DNA of 64,000 nt from Octopus bimaculoides (taxonomy: Eukaryota). Shown here piece after piece: positions 25,600-38,391 of this stretch. The translations under genes were made by a program, and so were the position numbers. The notes beneath the pieces were generated by a model, which made no database searches, had not been told where the DNA came from, and was given only the letters and a program-made list of their open reading frames with translations. The stretch covers positions 66,760,402-66,824,401 of the forward strand of contig NC_068985.1 in assembly GCF_001194135.2 (NCBI RefSeq). The letters run 5' to 3'. Numbering within the stretch: position 1 is the stretch's first letter; the number at the start of each line of letters is the position of its first letter.

Positions 25600-26450
25600 A
25601 GACTTGAGATCAGTCAGTACTTAAATAATGAAGATCCATTGATAATAGATAGAATTTTTTTAAATCTATTACTTGGAGAATGTATAGAATTTATGTGCGA
25701 CGTGAAATTTGCACTAATTTGCTTTTCTTTCAGATCCTCATACTCAAACAGAATGCTTCGCTTCACTGGCTCAGCTTCAGATAACTCCACATCGTCTGTT
25801 TTGGTTCTAGTGACAGTCACATTTTCTAATAGTCAATCGTCCTGGACAAAGTGTTACTTTATTCCTTCCAACATACTTGAAATTAATAAGCATAGCGGGA
25901 GTAACCGCCTTTCTAAGCAGGATTGTGACCCTAATAGTACCATGTTAGGCATTTTTCTTTCTCAAGATTTCTACATGTTCGTGTATTGCATCATCGATAC
26001 AGCTGATAATGAAAAAAACTTTTTTCTGGCATTATTTCCAACGGGAAGCCTGCCAACCTTGCGCTGTATCCCATTGGTACGTTCTAGTGAGAACTGATTG
26101 CTGTTGATCTTTCTGATACTGAGTTATACCCTGATCATTTATTTGTTATATGTTCGTTGTATAAACAGAGTGCACTGATTTTGTTGATGAAATTTCGAAA
26201 GATTATATCTCTAGGATCACTCTATTGACTAGAAAATTTGGATTCATGCCAATCCCTGGACCAATATATGTTCCTTAATCAGTTCAACTCTTACAATGAT
26301 CACAATACTTTGTGAACGTCATGTCCAGTCATTACTTCACAGCACGTCCATAGTATTTCCCTGACCTAGACATTTCTGCGTTCCATATGATTTCGCAAAT
26401 TTTTCTTCAGAAACCTTCGTCACACAAATACAATCATGCTGAAGAAGTAT
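25600..26450 (-). mobile_element. Degenerate transposase-like relic, possibly Chapaev/CMC-type
   Basis: Minus-strand fragments HDCICV, CDHCK, RKVGRLP, GTIR/SQSCLERRLLPL and ILFEYEDLKEKQ loosely follow the Chapaev N-terminal order. Many stops. Confidence 0.25.
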
Positions 26451-28499
26451 GTAGCCTGATAAACAATGCGTGAAATACAGAAGTTAGGAAATGCATAGGT
26501 TTCATATCTGATATATGTATATATATATATATATACCTGGACATGTTTGGTGCATTCTTTTTTTGTCTGCCACTACATTCTAATTAATGTTTCTTAATTC
26601 TGTAAAAAGTTTAATAGTAATAATATTAAAGATATTACTACTCATACTAATATGGATAATAGTATCAAAGTGGAAAAATGATAATGGGATGTTTTTTTTC
26701 TCATTGACGTTCGTGAACTTATTATTCTATATGAAATGAAATAATAAAATGTACTAAATCCAAATCCTCTGCGTGATCATTTGAAATATTTTATACTTTT
26801 TTACTCCCTGTCTTATCTTTAACGTGTCAATCTCTACTTCCATTAAAACTATAAGTAAAATGTTCATTGTTTTTTGTCAGAAAATTTAATATTTATTCTC
26901 AACTCAGAACAATGATCGACAAAATGGACATAGGGATAAGCAGCAAGAATAAAAAGGCAGACCAAACATTATGTAAGAAAATCGACAACAACTACAAATA
27001 TATGAGCAGAAAAAGCAACAATTTCAGTAGTCTCAGTAGCAGTAACATATGCATACATGAAATTTAGAAGTGAATAGTAGGATGATATTTATGGATATAC
27101 TGAAGTCGGTTTCCTATGAACCTGGCATATCTGTCAGCTTATAAAGGAGGGTAAAATGTTTTTATTATCTTTAATCATCAGAGCATAACAATGTGGTTTC
27201 TAATAAAATTATTTCCATATTAATATGTTTTGCATCTACTTAAGTCTGTTATTACACATAGTGCCATGCCGCATAAAGTTGAATACATATCTATTTTGTA
27301 AAGCATATTTAAATACCTCTCCCTCTCTCTAACTCTTTCTTTAAATATAGATATAGACCTATATGAATTTATAATGGGTATATACAATACGTACATATAT
27401 ACATACATAAATATCTCTGTTTTCAATATCATTATAACTAGTATCGTTAGTATATACAAGTACTATTTTACAACTACTACTGCTACTACATCTGCCTACT
27501 ATCTTTGCTGCTACTACTGCTACCACCCCTATTACAACAACTACCTCGACCACTGCGATTTCAATGGCAACTGACTATGATCGCCCAATCAGAACAACTG
27601 ACCTATGCCTAAAAGTGTCGAGGTATTGAATTTATATTCTACTTTCAAACTTTGAGATTATCTTTTTCATGATTCCAGATTCCATAATATCAGAATCGAT
27701 AAAGTGAGTATCACTCATCGAGAAGTATCAGATAAGTTCATTGAACAATTCCCTCAAAATATGGAGTTTCGTGAGTATTTAAGGATAAAATAACTTATAA
27801 AAGTTGTATACTCTCTAATCCTATAAGAGGGTAAACAAGTTGGTAATTAGAGAGATTAATACGTGTTAAATAATATATATTTATCATCATTTGTAACTCA
27901 GGAAGAAGTATATATTTGTATATATTTCTCTTTATAGAAGACTTCTCTTTTAGTGGAGTCAACTGTTCTTTCCATACTTTTATTTTATGTGTTACATATT
28001 TCTTACATATTTTGTCCTCTTTCTTTCAAAAAATAATTGCGCTGCTTTATTTTTGACACAAACAGTTAAGCTGCGATAGACATTATATGGGGAGAATAAT
28101 GCACACTATGTGCTAATATCTCACATACGTGGGACTTAGAATATCCATGTAGAGAACAGTCTATCAGAAGAGATCTGATCTTTAAGCCAACGCATCAAAG
28201 CTGTGACAATGACACTCTTTTATTAAACTATTCATGCGAAACATAGATGCAATTCTGCATTCTTTCGTAATGGATAATGCCATTTCTGTATTTTCTTGCC
28301 TCTTAAATTTAATCTCTAATATCACCGGCTGGAAAGAGTCAAATAATTACAATTATTAGCATCAGTCAACTTCAGTTTTCTCAATTGACATGTATGAAAT
28401 ATTTGACACTACAATACCTGCAAATATTTTACAGCATTTTTGCACGGGTTACCTTTTTTAACCATATTTTGTGTTTCATAATTCATGGTAGCACAGTCT

Positions 28500-28616
<117 letters not shown>

Positions 28617-31600
28617 ACTGAATTCTCTTAGTCGTAATATCTAAGTAGAATATGCTTCTATTGCAAGGTATAATGATGATAGATCATATTTCACGCATTC
28701 GGAATTCCACTTGGGGATTACATCAACACCAATACAGCATTTGTCTATTTTCGAAATGTTATTTATTGGGAATCATCTTCCTTGAATTTTCTTAAGTGAA
28801 ACTAATTTAATGAAAGCAGAAATAGACATGATATATCATATAAAATACATCGTGTGTAGTATTATGTGTCCCTGCAGATCAGCGTGTGTATTTTTACATA
28901 TTCCATAACAGCTTCATATGTACAATGCGCCATGTTCTTTGGGCAGCAATGTATCTAGACAACGTTGAAATTTTAAAGTATTTTTTATTAATAAAATAAC
29001 TGAACATCAGTGTATCTTAATATAAATATACGGTTATAGGTTTTACGTAAACACAGATATTAGAATATAAATGTACAAATTTTTATAAATTCCGTAACTT
29101 AGTAATGATTTTAATTCATGTAGGTTATTTCCCCGGGAATATACTGAAATTTTAGAATACGAATTGATGAATTTAATCTTGATTTAGTAATAAGAAATAC
29201 ATAAAGACATTCATAAATGATAGAGTAAATGACATGCTAATATTTGGTAGGGATATACAGAGTGAGGAACAGCTTCAAGCTTATTGACTACTTGCCTAAT
29301 GGTAATGAACATTCTGAGGGAAATTCAATAAAATCTTATTTTAGCTTTGACGTTGACTATTCAGGAGGTGTATTTGAGAGTGAATATCACAATGTAGATG
29401 CGGCAATTAGAATGTGATTTTACAACATTGTCGATCTACATTAAACAGGACTTAAATAAATTTTACTACGCAAATCCACTCCGTTAAAGACAAAGTAATC
29501 ATTAGGATTGTCGTTGAGAAAGGTAAGCAGTTGTTAGTTCAATTCATTGTTTCGGGATAAAAAGACATGTTGAATTAGTGCATGGTCACCAATTGCAAAT
29601 AATCAATGTCACATGCTCAAGTGGTAATATTATATTTGGAATGTTGAAACTTATGTGAGAACATAAAAACAGCAACAAAACAATGAAAGGAAAATGGAAT
29701 GGTCTGGATTTTAAAAAATATTTGGAATGACGAAATATTTTATTAATTATTTATCTATTTGGAAGGTTTCTTATTTTAACATCAAATCGTCACTGAAAAT
29801 GATATTAATCAAGACGTATCGAAAAATGACAATTCCTTTTCCTGTTAAAAAATCATCTAATCCCATTCCTATCCTGAAGCTATGAAAACTGAAACATACA
29901 CGCCATCAAATGAGACGACCCTGATATAGATATTATATGATACTATGAAAAAAGCTATTGTAAGTGCCTTTGAATGGATGATTTCATCCAAGAAAATTTC
30001 TAATCGAAAATCTTAAGGCAGAAATATGTAATTGCATAGGGATTTGATAGGTGTCAAATGTTTCTTTTGGGAACACATCGACAGTTAACACTAACTGTTA
30101 AAATATAACTTTTAGTTTAAGTGTGTAGGTATTAAGTCTAGAGAAGGGATAGTTTCACATAATGAAGGAAATATCCACACATTGTGTGAAATTTCAAGTA
30201 CGCCATTATATCCAACAATTCATACGATATCAAGAAAATTATTCTGGTGACTAAAGAATACTAGGCTGAAAAATGTTTAAGTATGCTAAAATTGTTATTG
30301 GAATATCGTGCATAACTATAACTGCTCATTAGTTATTTTCTAATTGTAATGAAACTTCAATGAATTGAAAAATCTATAATAATTGCAATTCCAGAGAGTG
30401 GAAATCGTAACAATAAAGCATTCATCTTATTTGTCATTTAAAGATGCTTGCAGAAGTGTGACCACTATATTTAAGTGCAATTAGATCTAGTTATTCGTTT
30501 CTCTATACCACACATGCTAGCATTTTATCTCCCTCACTGTACAACATATGCAGTATAATAACGTTTTTCCTAAAATATGTAGCTTTAGTGACTAAAGCTA
30601 CATATTTTCTGAAATCATTAGCTAGAAATTGATAAATTCAATTCAGAAATAAAATATCAAATTGAATCTTCTATCATATTTATTTTTTTAAATATGTGAC
30701 TGGAAACGCATCAGATTTAAACATGTATGTTATACATATATAGACACAAATCCACCTATATTAACGTGTATAGGACTAGGTTAATAAACCGATTTTTTCT
30801 TGTGAAACTAATATTTAGATTCCTAATTATATTTAAGCATGATTTACACAAAAAATAATTTAGACATTTTACTGTGATGCTGGAAATGATTTTATGCAAT
30901 GACTTTTTACACAAGTTAGATGCATCGAAGTGAATTTTAACACTCATCCACATGCGCACCTGCACGAACACACGCACATAGATACATATGTACATACATA
31001 CAGACATACATACACACAGACTTGGAGACACACATAGACACATATATATGAAGGTAATAATGTAAATAAACATTCGATAATTATTAATGAAATTATAACC
31101 TAAAATATAATTAAAGATCATGAGCACATATTCATTATTATTTGATTAGTTTGCTTAATTTATCAGAATGACATTCTAAATATTTATCATATCATCTCCA
31201 GTATTTAATTTAGCCTTGCTATAATTTACAGATATCTAATATGTAATCAAGAACAATTTAATATATTTATCCGAGATATGCTTCTTGGAAACACAACGAG
31301 GAAATAATTTGATATTATTGCATCTACTCAAAATTTACTACTATAAGAAACACTCTTACACATCCCTTGCAGTTAATAGAGAAACATCGAAAAATAATAA
31401 ACAAAATTCATAGAATGATAGTTCAAGTGACGATATATATGTACACATTCTAACTTTGGCCGTTTTCGCTCATAGGAAGAATATTTCAAAATATTTCTAC
31501 GCCTTCATTTAGTAATGAAAGAGAAGAAATATACAACTTAGTGAATATTGTGACAATAAGAATCAAATATATACATCCCTAATGTAATTTTCTGATTTAC

Positions 31601-31799
31601 TGTATGGAGGTGTTGTTATGCATATAGAGAACTTTCAGTTATAGCCCACGGCAGCATACAGAAGTTGTAGCATACGGCAGTTTATTGATATCTTATTAAC
31701 TTTCTACACTCTGCAAAGAGTAGGTGTAGTCTGAATACATGATTAACAGACTACACTTTTTAATGTCTGTTCTCCTTTCCCAGCTGCTTACAGATAATA

Positions 31800-31810
31800 T
31801 ACCATCATCG

Positions 31811-31843
<33 letters not shown>

Positions 31844-31871
31844 ACATCACCACCACCACCACCACCACCAC

Positions 31872-31900
<29 letters not shown>
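31800..31900. repeat. Compound (TCA)n(CCA)n(TA)n microsatellite
   Basis: Read directly. Confidence 0.9.
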
Positions 31901-31905
<5 letters not shown>

Positions 31906-33389
31906 ATGTGTGTCTGTGTATGTGTTTCTCTATGTGTAATTGTGTATGTATATATATACTTATGAATGTGTGTGTGTGCATGTGTATATGTATGTGTGCG
32001 CGCGTGTCTGAATGTATGTATGTATAAAAATTCCAAATGAAATATGTTACAGTAAATATATATTTAGCATCCTAGTATGTTTATTATACATTCTGTAATA
32101 TTTATATTTAACACTTGAACCGGACGTATATAGCTGCTTTTATCATATTTCATGACATTACATTTAAGCTCACCTTTTTATCTGAGGTCATGTATTAGTC
32201 TACTTTTGATGCTTTGTTCTGGTTACTATATATCAAGTATAAATTCACTCTGAAATACATGCCAGAAAAAGATGTACACCTGCCCGACTATTTTCCATAT
32301 CAAGCGCAACGTATCAGCAAAATTTCGTGCAAGAATATGCATTTAGTTTATCATAATATATGTTATTGTATTATCCTGCTTAGGAAACTCAGTGTTGAGT
32401 ACAATATTGGTCATTAACCAAAAAGTGTTTCCCAGATATCTAGACAAGGAAAAAGCCAATTGCATGGCATGGTTTTCATTGTAGCATTTGATAATAATGC
32501 TTATTCTTCCATGAATAAGGCTGAGCATAATTTTCCCCAAAGAATAACGGGCTGTTCATATCGACGAAATGATGATCTTTTATACCTTCAAAAAATGTAC
32601 TTAAAATAATCGGAGAATACGTATGTAGGACCTGTGGACATTCCACAGAACGAAAAAAGATTAAGAGAAGCTATTTAAGAAAGAAAGCATAATTTGCATT
32701 TATATTTTTATCTTGCTAAGTATTTCACTTCCAGTCACATGAAAATATATTATGATTTTTAAAATTTCCGTATCTGTGAAGCACATTATATTTCCCTTTT
32801 TCTCTCTACTTCTTAAACTAACATTTTCACCATGTAATATCCCTCTTCATGTCTTTAACACTTCTCTCTTTGTCTTCGTCCCTCACTTCCACTAAGCACA
32901 TGAGTGACAGCATAATGCATCATCTGGCTATCACCGCTCTCGCTCATTCTTGCATTCATACTTACTCTCTCTCACTCCATCTCCACCTCTCTAACAAACT
33001 AAAGCGTAATGTGTGAACAAACAGGTAGAAGAATAATATAGACTCATTTCACTATAAAATTCTTTTCACCATTAACACACCACCACCACCACCACCACTT
33101 ATGGAATTCACGAGATTCATTATTATCACAACGATCGTTTTATCCCATCTTGCACAACGGTTTGTGGTTAATACTTCATCGCAGATGTGTCAGGTTTAAG
33201 CACCACAACCAGGTGCCCAGTATATCATCCATGAGGGATCAATACAAGATGGGTAGAAACGATCGTTGTGACTAATAAAGAATCTCGTGAATTCCATTTT
33301 TTCTCCCATTTTCTTATATGCTTGGCGGTTCTTTTATATATACGATGGATGTTCATTATTTCCAAGAATAAACAAGACTTGACATAATT

Positions 33390-34268
33390 ATTAGTGCTTC
33401 TCTACATAGTAATGGTGACTCACTTTTTCCATCACTTTCTTCAGCGGTGAAGACCTCGCCTGTAACTGTCGGTAAACTGCGTCTGGAGACAACATTTTAC
33501 TTTGGAAATAAGTTTATCATCATCCGAAAAGTACTTTCCATTCAAAAAAATATTTCGTGTTAGAAAGAAGTAGAAGTCAGATGGTACGAGATCGAGAGAG
33601 TAAGGGGGAATTGTCTTGGAGGAGGAAGACTACTTTGGTCAACATGCCACGCCTCTCTGCTTTGATGGCGTCCCGCAATTTCTGCAGCAGAGAAGCATAA
33701 TACGACCAGTCAATTGTTGTGCTTGAAAATCCATCATCACTACTCTGCACTACCCGAACATCTATAAGCCTCACCTTGCCTGCTTAGGGCTGGACAGGAG
33801 CCTTCTTTGGAGGTGATGAATTATGCTTCCATTGCTTTGACTGAACATTAATATCAGGATTATAGTCATGTTTCATCCTGTGTGATAAGTATGACGAAAA
33901 AGTCCCCCTCGTTTTCTTTGCACGTCGCCAAATGACTCTGGGTGCAATTGACTCGTTCCGGCTTCTGCAAACGCGTGAGCATGCGGGATGCCCCTGTTGC
34001 AGACAACTTCTGCATGTGCACATCGTCGTAAATGATGTTTTCCACGGACCCTACACTTATCTTCACTTCTTGGGATAGTTGCCAAAGAGTTATGCAATGA
34101 TTCTCCAAAATGGAGTCTTCCACTATAAGGATGGTGCCGTCATCAATGGCGGAATGCGGTTGAACAGGAATAGGAACAGTTTCAACCGATGTCCGACCAC
34201 CTTTAATCCAGCGATGTCGGTGCTTGACTACGTCGTATGATGGTGTATCGTCACCATAAACTTCTTTC

Positions 34269-34272
<4 letters not shown>
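33390..34272 (-). mobile_element. mariner (DD34D-type) transposase pseudogene
   Basis: Minus strand gives VYGDDTPSYDVVK...GGRTSVE...ITQDET / QSKQWKHNSSPPKKAPVQP / YYASLLQKLRDAIKAERRGMLTK..LLQDNSP / DLVPSDFYFF...FSDDDKLIS...YYVEK**. Frameshifted and 5'-truncated at a (CA)n run. Confidence 0.9.
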
Positions 34273-34332
<60 letters not shown>

Positions 34333-34914
34333 GCACACGCACGCACGCACGTATAACTTCTAGACAATGAGCAAATTAACAAATTCACTATAACATACCT
34401 GAGAAAATTATTTCGGAATTTGTCCAAGGGTCGAAAAATTGATAAGGTAATAAGTATTTGTAGAAATCAGATAAACCTGAGCCCTATCAAGACAAAATTA
34501 AGTGGATAAATTACAGGTTTTATAGCTGAAAGAATTCACATTCATGTACCCATTTTCATCGAGCTCATTTTTTACCAGCGCAAAATTTTAAAAATGAACA
34601 CTGAAAGAATCACAAACCATTTATTACTTTCTGGTTCCTGTGTAACTCAGCAGATTTAATAAGTAACTTTTAGGCAATAGATAAGTTGTCCGAAAGCCGA
34701 AGAAATGTTGTAGAGCATTACGAAGAAAGAAAAGTACATACGTGAGAAATATATTCTAAAATGATAACGTCATTGTGATGCTGTTGAATATCGTTTAGTT
34801 TTTGACTGTTCCTACTAAATATTTGCTAACTACCAACGGGTAGATGAAGAAGGAAGGTTATAGGAGAGGAATCTTATCATGTGTTAAGACTCATTACCAA
34901 ATGAAAAGGATGGG

Positions 34915-35335
34915 AGTAATGATAACGATGACAACGATGAGGACGACAGCGACAACGATGATGATAATAATGATGAACATGATGATGATGATAATAATGA
35001 TGATGGTGGTGATGGAGGAGGTGGTGGTGATTGTGAGGGTGGTTTTGGTTGTGGAAGTGATGGTGGTGGTGGTGGTTGTGGTTGTGGAGGTGATAGGTGG
35101 TAGTGACGATGATGATGATGATGATGATGGTGATGATGATTGATGATGATGGCAGTATATTGATATACGATTGTTATCAAAATGACGATGGAGACAATTA
35201 TTTGATGATGATACTGTGAATGGCGGTCTCGATAAGGTCATTCATAGATGGATGGCAGTGATGACAGTGATGCTGATGTTCACAATGATGAAGCTGAGCA
35301 TGAGGATGAGGAGGATTATCATCATAGTGATGATT
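34915..35335. repeat. Compound (ATG/GAT)n-(GGT)n trinucleotide low-complexity region
   Basis: Read directly. It explains the poly-M/V/D/H/S ORFs. Confidence 0.9.
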
Positions 35336-37241
35336 AAAGGACAGGGAAGGAGAAATAAGTGTCTGTAGTTAACTAGTTGCTATCCGTGTAGCAATCGAAT
35401 TAGCTGCTAATAAGATAGCCGGAGAAAGAAAATAGGATATTACCCGTCAAGGTCTAGAAGTAATTCCATAGATATTCACCAGTAACAATAGAATCTGTGA
35501 TAGATAATTACAAAGTGAATAATCTAAACTACCAGTAAAAATAATTTATGAATAGGAAACCAATCAAATTACACCGAATCAGAGATTTTCTTCTTATCAT
35601 ACCGAAACCAACTTAATCCTTACGATTTTACATTTAGCGCACGGACAACAAAAGATTTTCTGATTTTGGTACAGGCGTATAAACGATAGGTGTTTCGGAG
35701 ATATATTGTGTTAGGGAAATGAGTTTATGTCGAAGTTAAAATGAAGATTGACAGAAAATCGCTATGGTAGCATAATACTTCAACTAGCTTAAATAACTGG
35801 CTTATCAACATCGCCTTCAGACATTGACTTCATAGAAATAGACAGCAAGTGAGTCTGTGAATAAAGGTGATTGATTTTAACTTCCAAGCGTTTCCTAAAT
35901 TACGAAGGTTCTAAGAATTCAAAGCAATGTATATGCATCAAGATATAGCAATATTTGAAAACATATATTCTCTTCTGCGGGCCAATATATTGATAGAAAT
36001 GCAACATCATAAATACATCCATGTATAATCATACCTAATAATATNNNNNNNNNNNNNNNNNNNNNNNNNNNNNNNNNNNNNNNNNNNNNNNNNNNNNNNN
36101 TATATATATATATATATATATATGCAGTCGGTTGGTGTCAGATCAGATTATGGCATATATTTAAGCATGAAGGAAGAATTGTTACAAAAGCATAGATCAC
36201 AAGAGGTCGATAGATCGGTTCAAGAAGTCCGTAATCGTTATGGCATATGCTAGTGTTCTCTCTGAAGAGTTATAAGGTATGTCCGAAATATTGGTATTGG
36301 GAAGAGCTGGTCATCATAGGTGGAATCCAAAGCTGCATGAGAAGAAAGGATGAATAAAAGTGTGCTGAGTTTTCCTTACTGCTGTTTCTAAGCATGTTTG
36401 AAAGGGCTCAGTGAACATATATTACGTAACTTTAAGTTGCAACATAAATGTGCAGAATTAACCCGTTTAAAACATACCGTCTCTATTTCCTTAAGTTTGT
36501 TTCTAGAAGAGGAATGTGATTGGTCAATATGCCATTCATACGTCCACTCCTATTTCAGCTGTTGCAACTGTATGAATTGCAGCAATATTCAGGTAAACTG
36601 TTTGCGAAAATGAACTTGTAAACAACAAGTAGCATCGTACCTCAGCAGAAGCAGCTGAACCTCTATGTAACACGTTAAAGTTACATAATATTAGTTCGGT
36701 GAAACTCTGTAGTACGTTACTTCCTACACCACTCCTTTGACCGATTTATATTTTGTTGCACTTTTGTTGCTATATAATAGAGGTGAATGGTGACAGTCAT
36801 CTTATCAGAATTTCCAAGCAATTCAATATGGCTCGAAAGGTATTGGATACATTGATTAACACACTTTATATCAATAACTATCAACTACTTTGTGTTATAT
36901 ATTCAAGCCTTGTCTATGCTTTAGACTAACAATTTGCACTACGAGGATACTGAATCTCACTGATATATCCGTTTATTAATGTTTATTAAACTTTACAATT
37001 GTTTCGATCCATCTAGCATTGATCACTCACGGGTAGGATACTTAACAGCTGGGTTAGGAGTATCCGTCGTTATAAACGTGTCTCTTCAAGTGATTTTAAG
37101 ATGTATCTCATTAAAATAACGACTGTTACGCAGGATATATTCGCGTAACAGTCTGGTCTACCAGATGTTAAGCCCTTGCTCTATCAGTCACATTCTTCTA
37201 TTCTCATGCCTATCCCGATCTTGAGTAAATGTTTCGTAAAG

Positions 37242-37668
37242 GAACCGTTCGAACAGGTTCTTTTCGAGTGCATTTCGAGTTTTTTCCACAGGTATTTTTC
37301 GAGTGCATTCAACCAATCCAATCTACCGTAAGGGATGGCTTGTGGTGATGTATGAATTTCCCACCAACGGAGTTTTGTTTCGTGAGTTTTTTTTTCTTTT
37401 CCAGTTTATTTCACATGCTTTCAACGAATGTGACATATAAATCACGTGTAAACGGCTCCTTTCCCCAGAAAAGGAAAGATTTGGCTGCTATTTCATGCAC
37501 GCCCTGCTATTACGTAACCGCTATTTCAGGTCCTTTATCGCAAATAGCTGCTACATAGAAGTGGGGCGTGCTAGAAATAGCAGACAAAACTTTGTAGGTG
37601 AGACACGTTGAATGCACTCGAAATAAACATATGGAATAAAATATTTCACACCGAGGTTACGAACGGGT
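37242..37668. mobile_element. Putative MITE/fold-back element with nested inverted repeats
   Basis: 37297-37313 tttcgagtgcattcaac is the exact reverse complement of 37607-37623 (26/30 when extended). An inner pair lies at 37485-37504 and 37564-37583 (18/20). The outer ends are gaaccgttcgaac / gttacgaacgggtc. Confidence 0.55.
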
Positions 37669-38391
37669 CTTTTGTGAAATAGCGTATATTTAAAGTCATG
37701 TTTACTTTAGAATATTTTTAAAATATGCCAAAACAATTTTTGTAATGGTATTCAATTGAAAATAATTTTTAGAAAGATTAAAATATTCTCTGTTTAAAGA
37801 AGGCTAAAATATAAATACTTACTGTACAAACAACTTACATTTTTGAAATCATATTCAGGAAAAATATTTCCAAATGATTAAAATATTGTGTTTAACAAAA
37901 GCGAAAATAGAAACATTTACTGTATAAAACAACTTGTATTTTTTCGTTGGCAAGTTAAAGTCACTAATGTGTCTAGTCGAAAGGTTAGAGTTTCTTGCCT
38001 TTCAGGGTTAAGTTATTTTCGGAGTATTTTCCCATTATGCACCGTTTTGGGTATTTAATCCCCAAACTCCCAATATCTCAAGAACCACAGGTATGATTTA
38101 CGCGTAACTTGTTTTATTCCGTTTTTTTTTCGGTTTGTATTCACATTTCAGCGGCTTTTGCTTGAAAAGTATTTTCTCATAATGTGCTGGTTTAGCTGTG
38201 TAACACAGCAAGCAAGGAAACAAGATTGAAGCTCATTAATAATAGTATATAGATTATCTTTTTAGTTTAACCGTTTAACTTCTCTCTCCTCACTGTCGAT
38301 GTAATCGACGATTGTCGCGTTTGTTGAGTTTTAATGGTAATGAATTCAGTCGGTTTTTTTTCCGCATGTGTCCCAGGGAGGAGATGGAGAC

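Noticed and set aside
25558-26097. 179-aa plus-strand ORF, the longest gap-free plus-strand ORF
   Set aside because: No recognisable domain, and it overlaps a decayed minus-strand transposase-like relic, so it is probably an antisense shadow.
24273-27703. Plus-strand micro-exon candidates 24273-24309 and 27679-27703 chained into a gene
   Set aside because: Direct joining gives a stop in both frames that are open in the first candidate, and no chained peptide resembles a known protein.
34844-35241. Poly-His/Pro/Ser/Thr or Met/Val/Asp ORFs resembling low-complexity proteins
   Set aside because: They are open on both strands purely because of ATG/GGT trinucleotide repeats, and there are no splice signals or domain.
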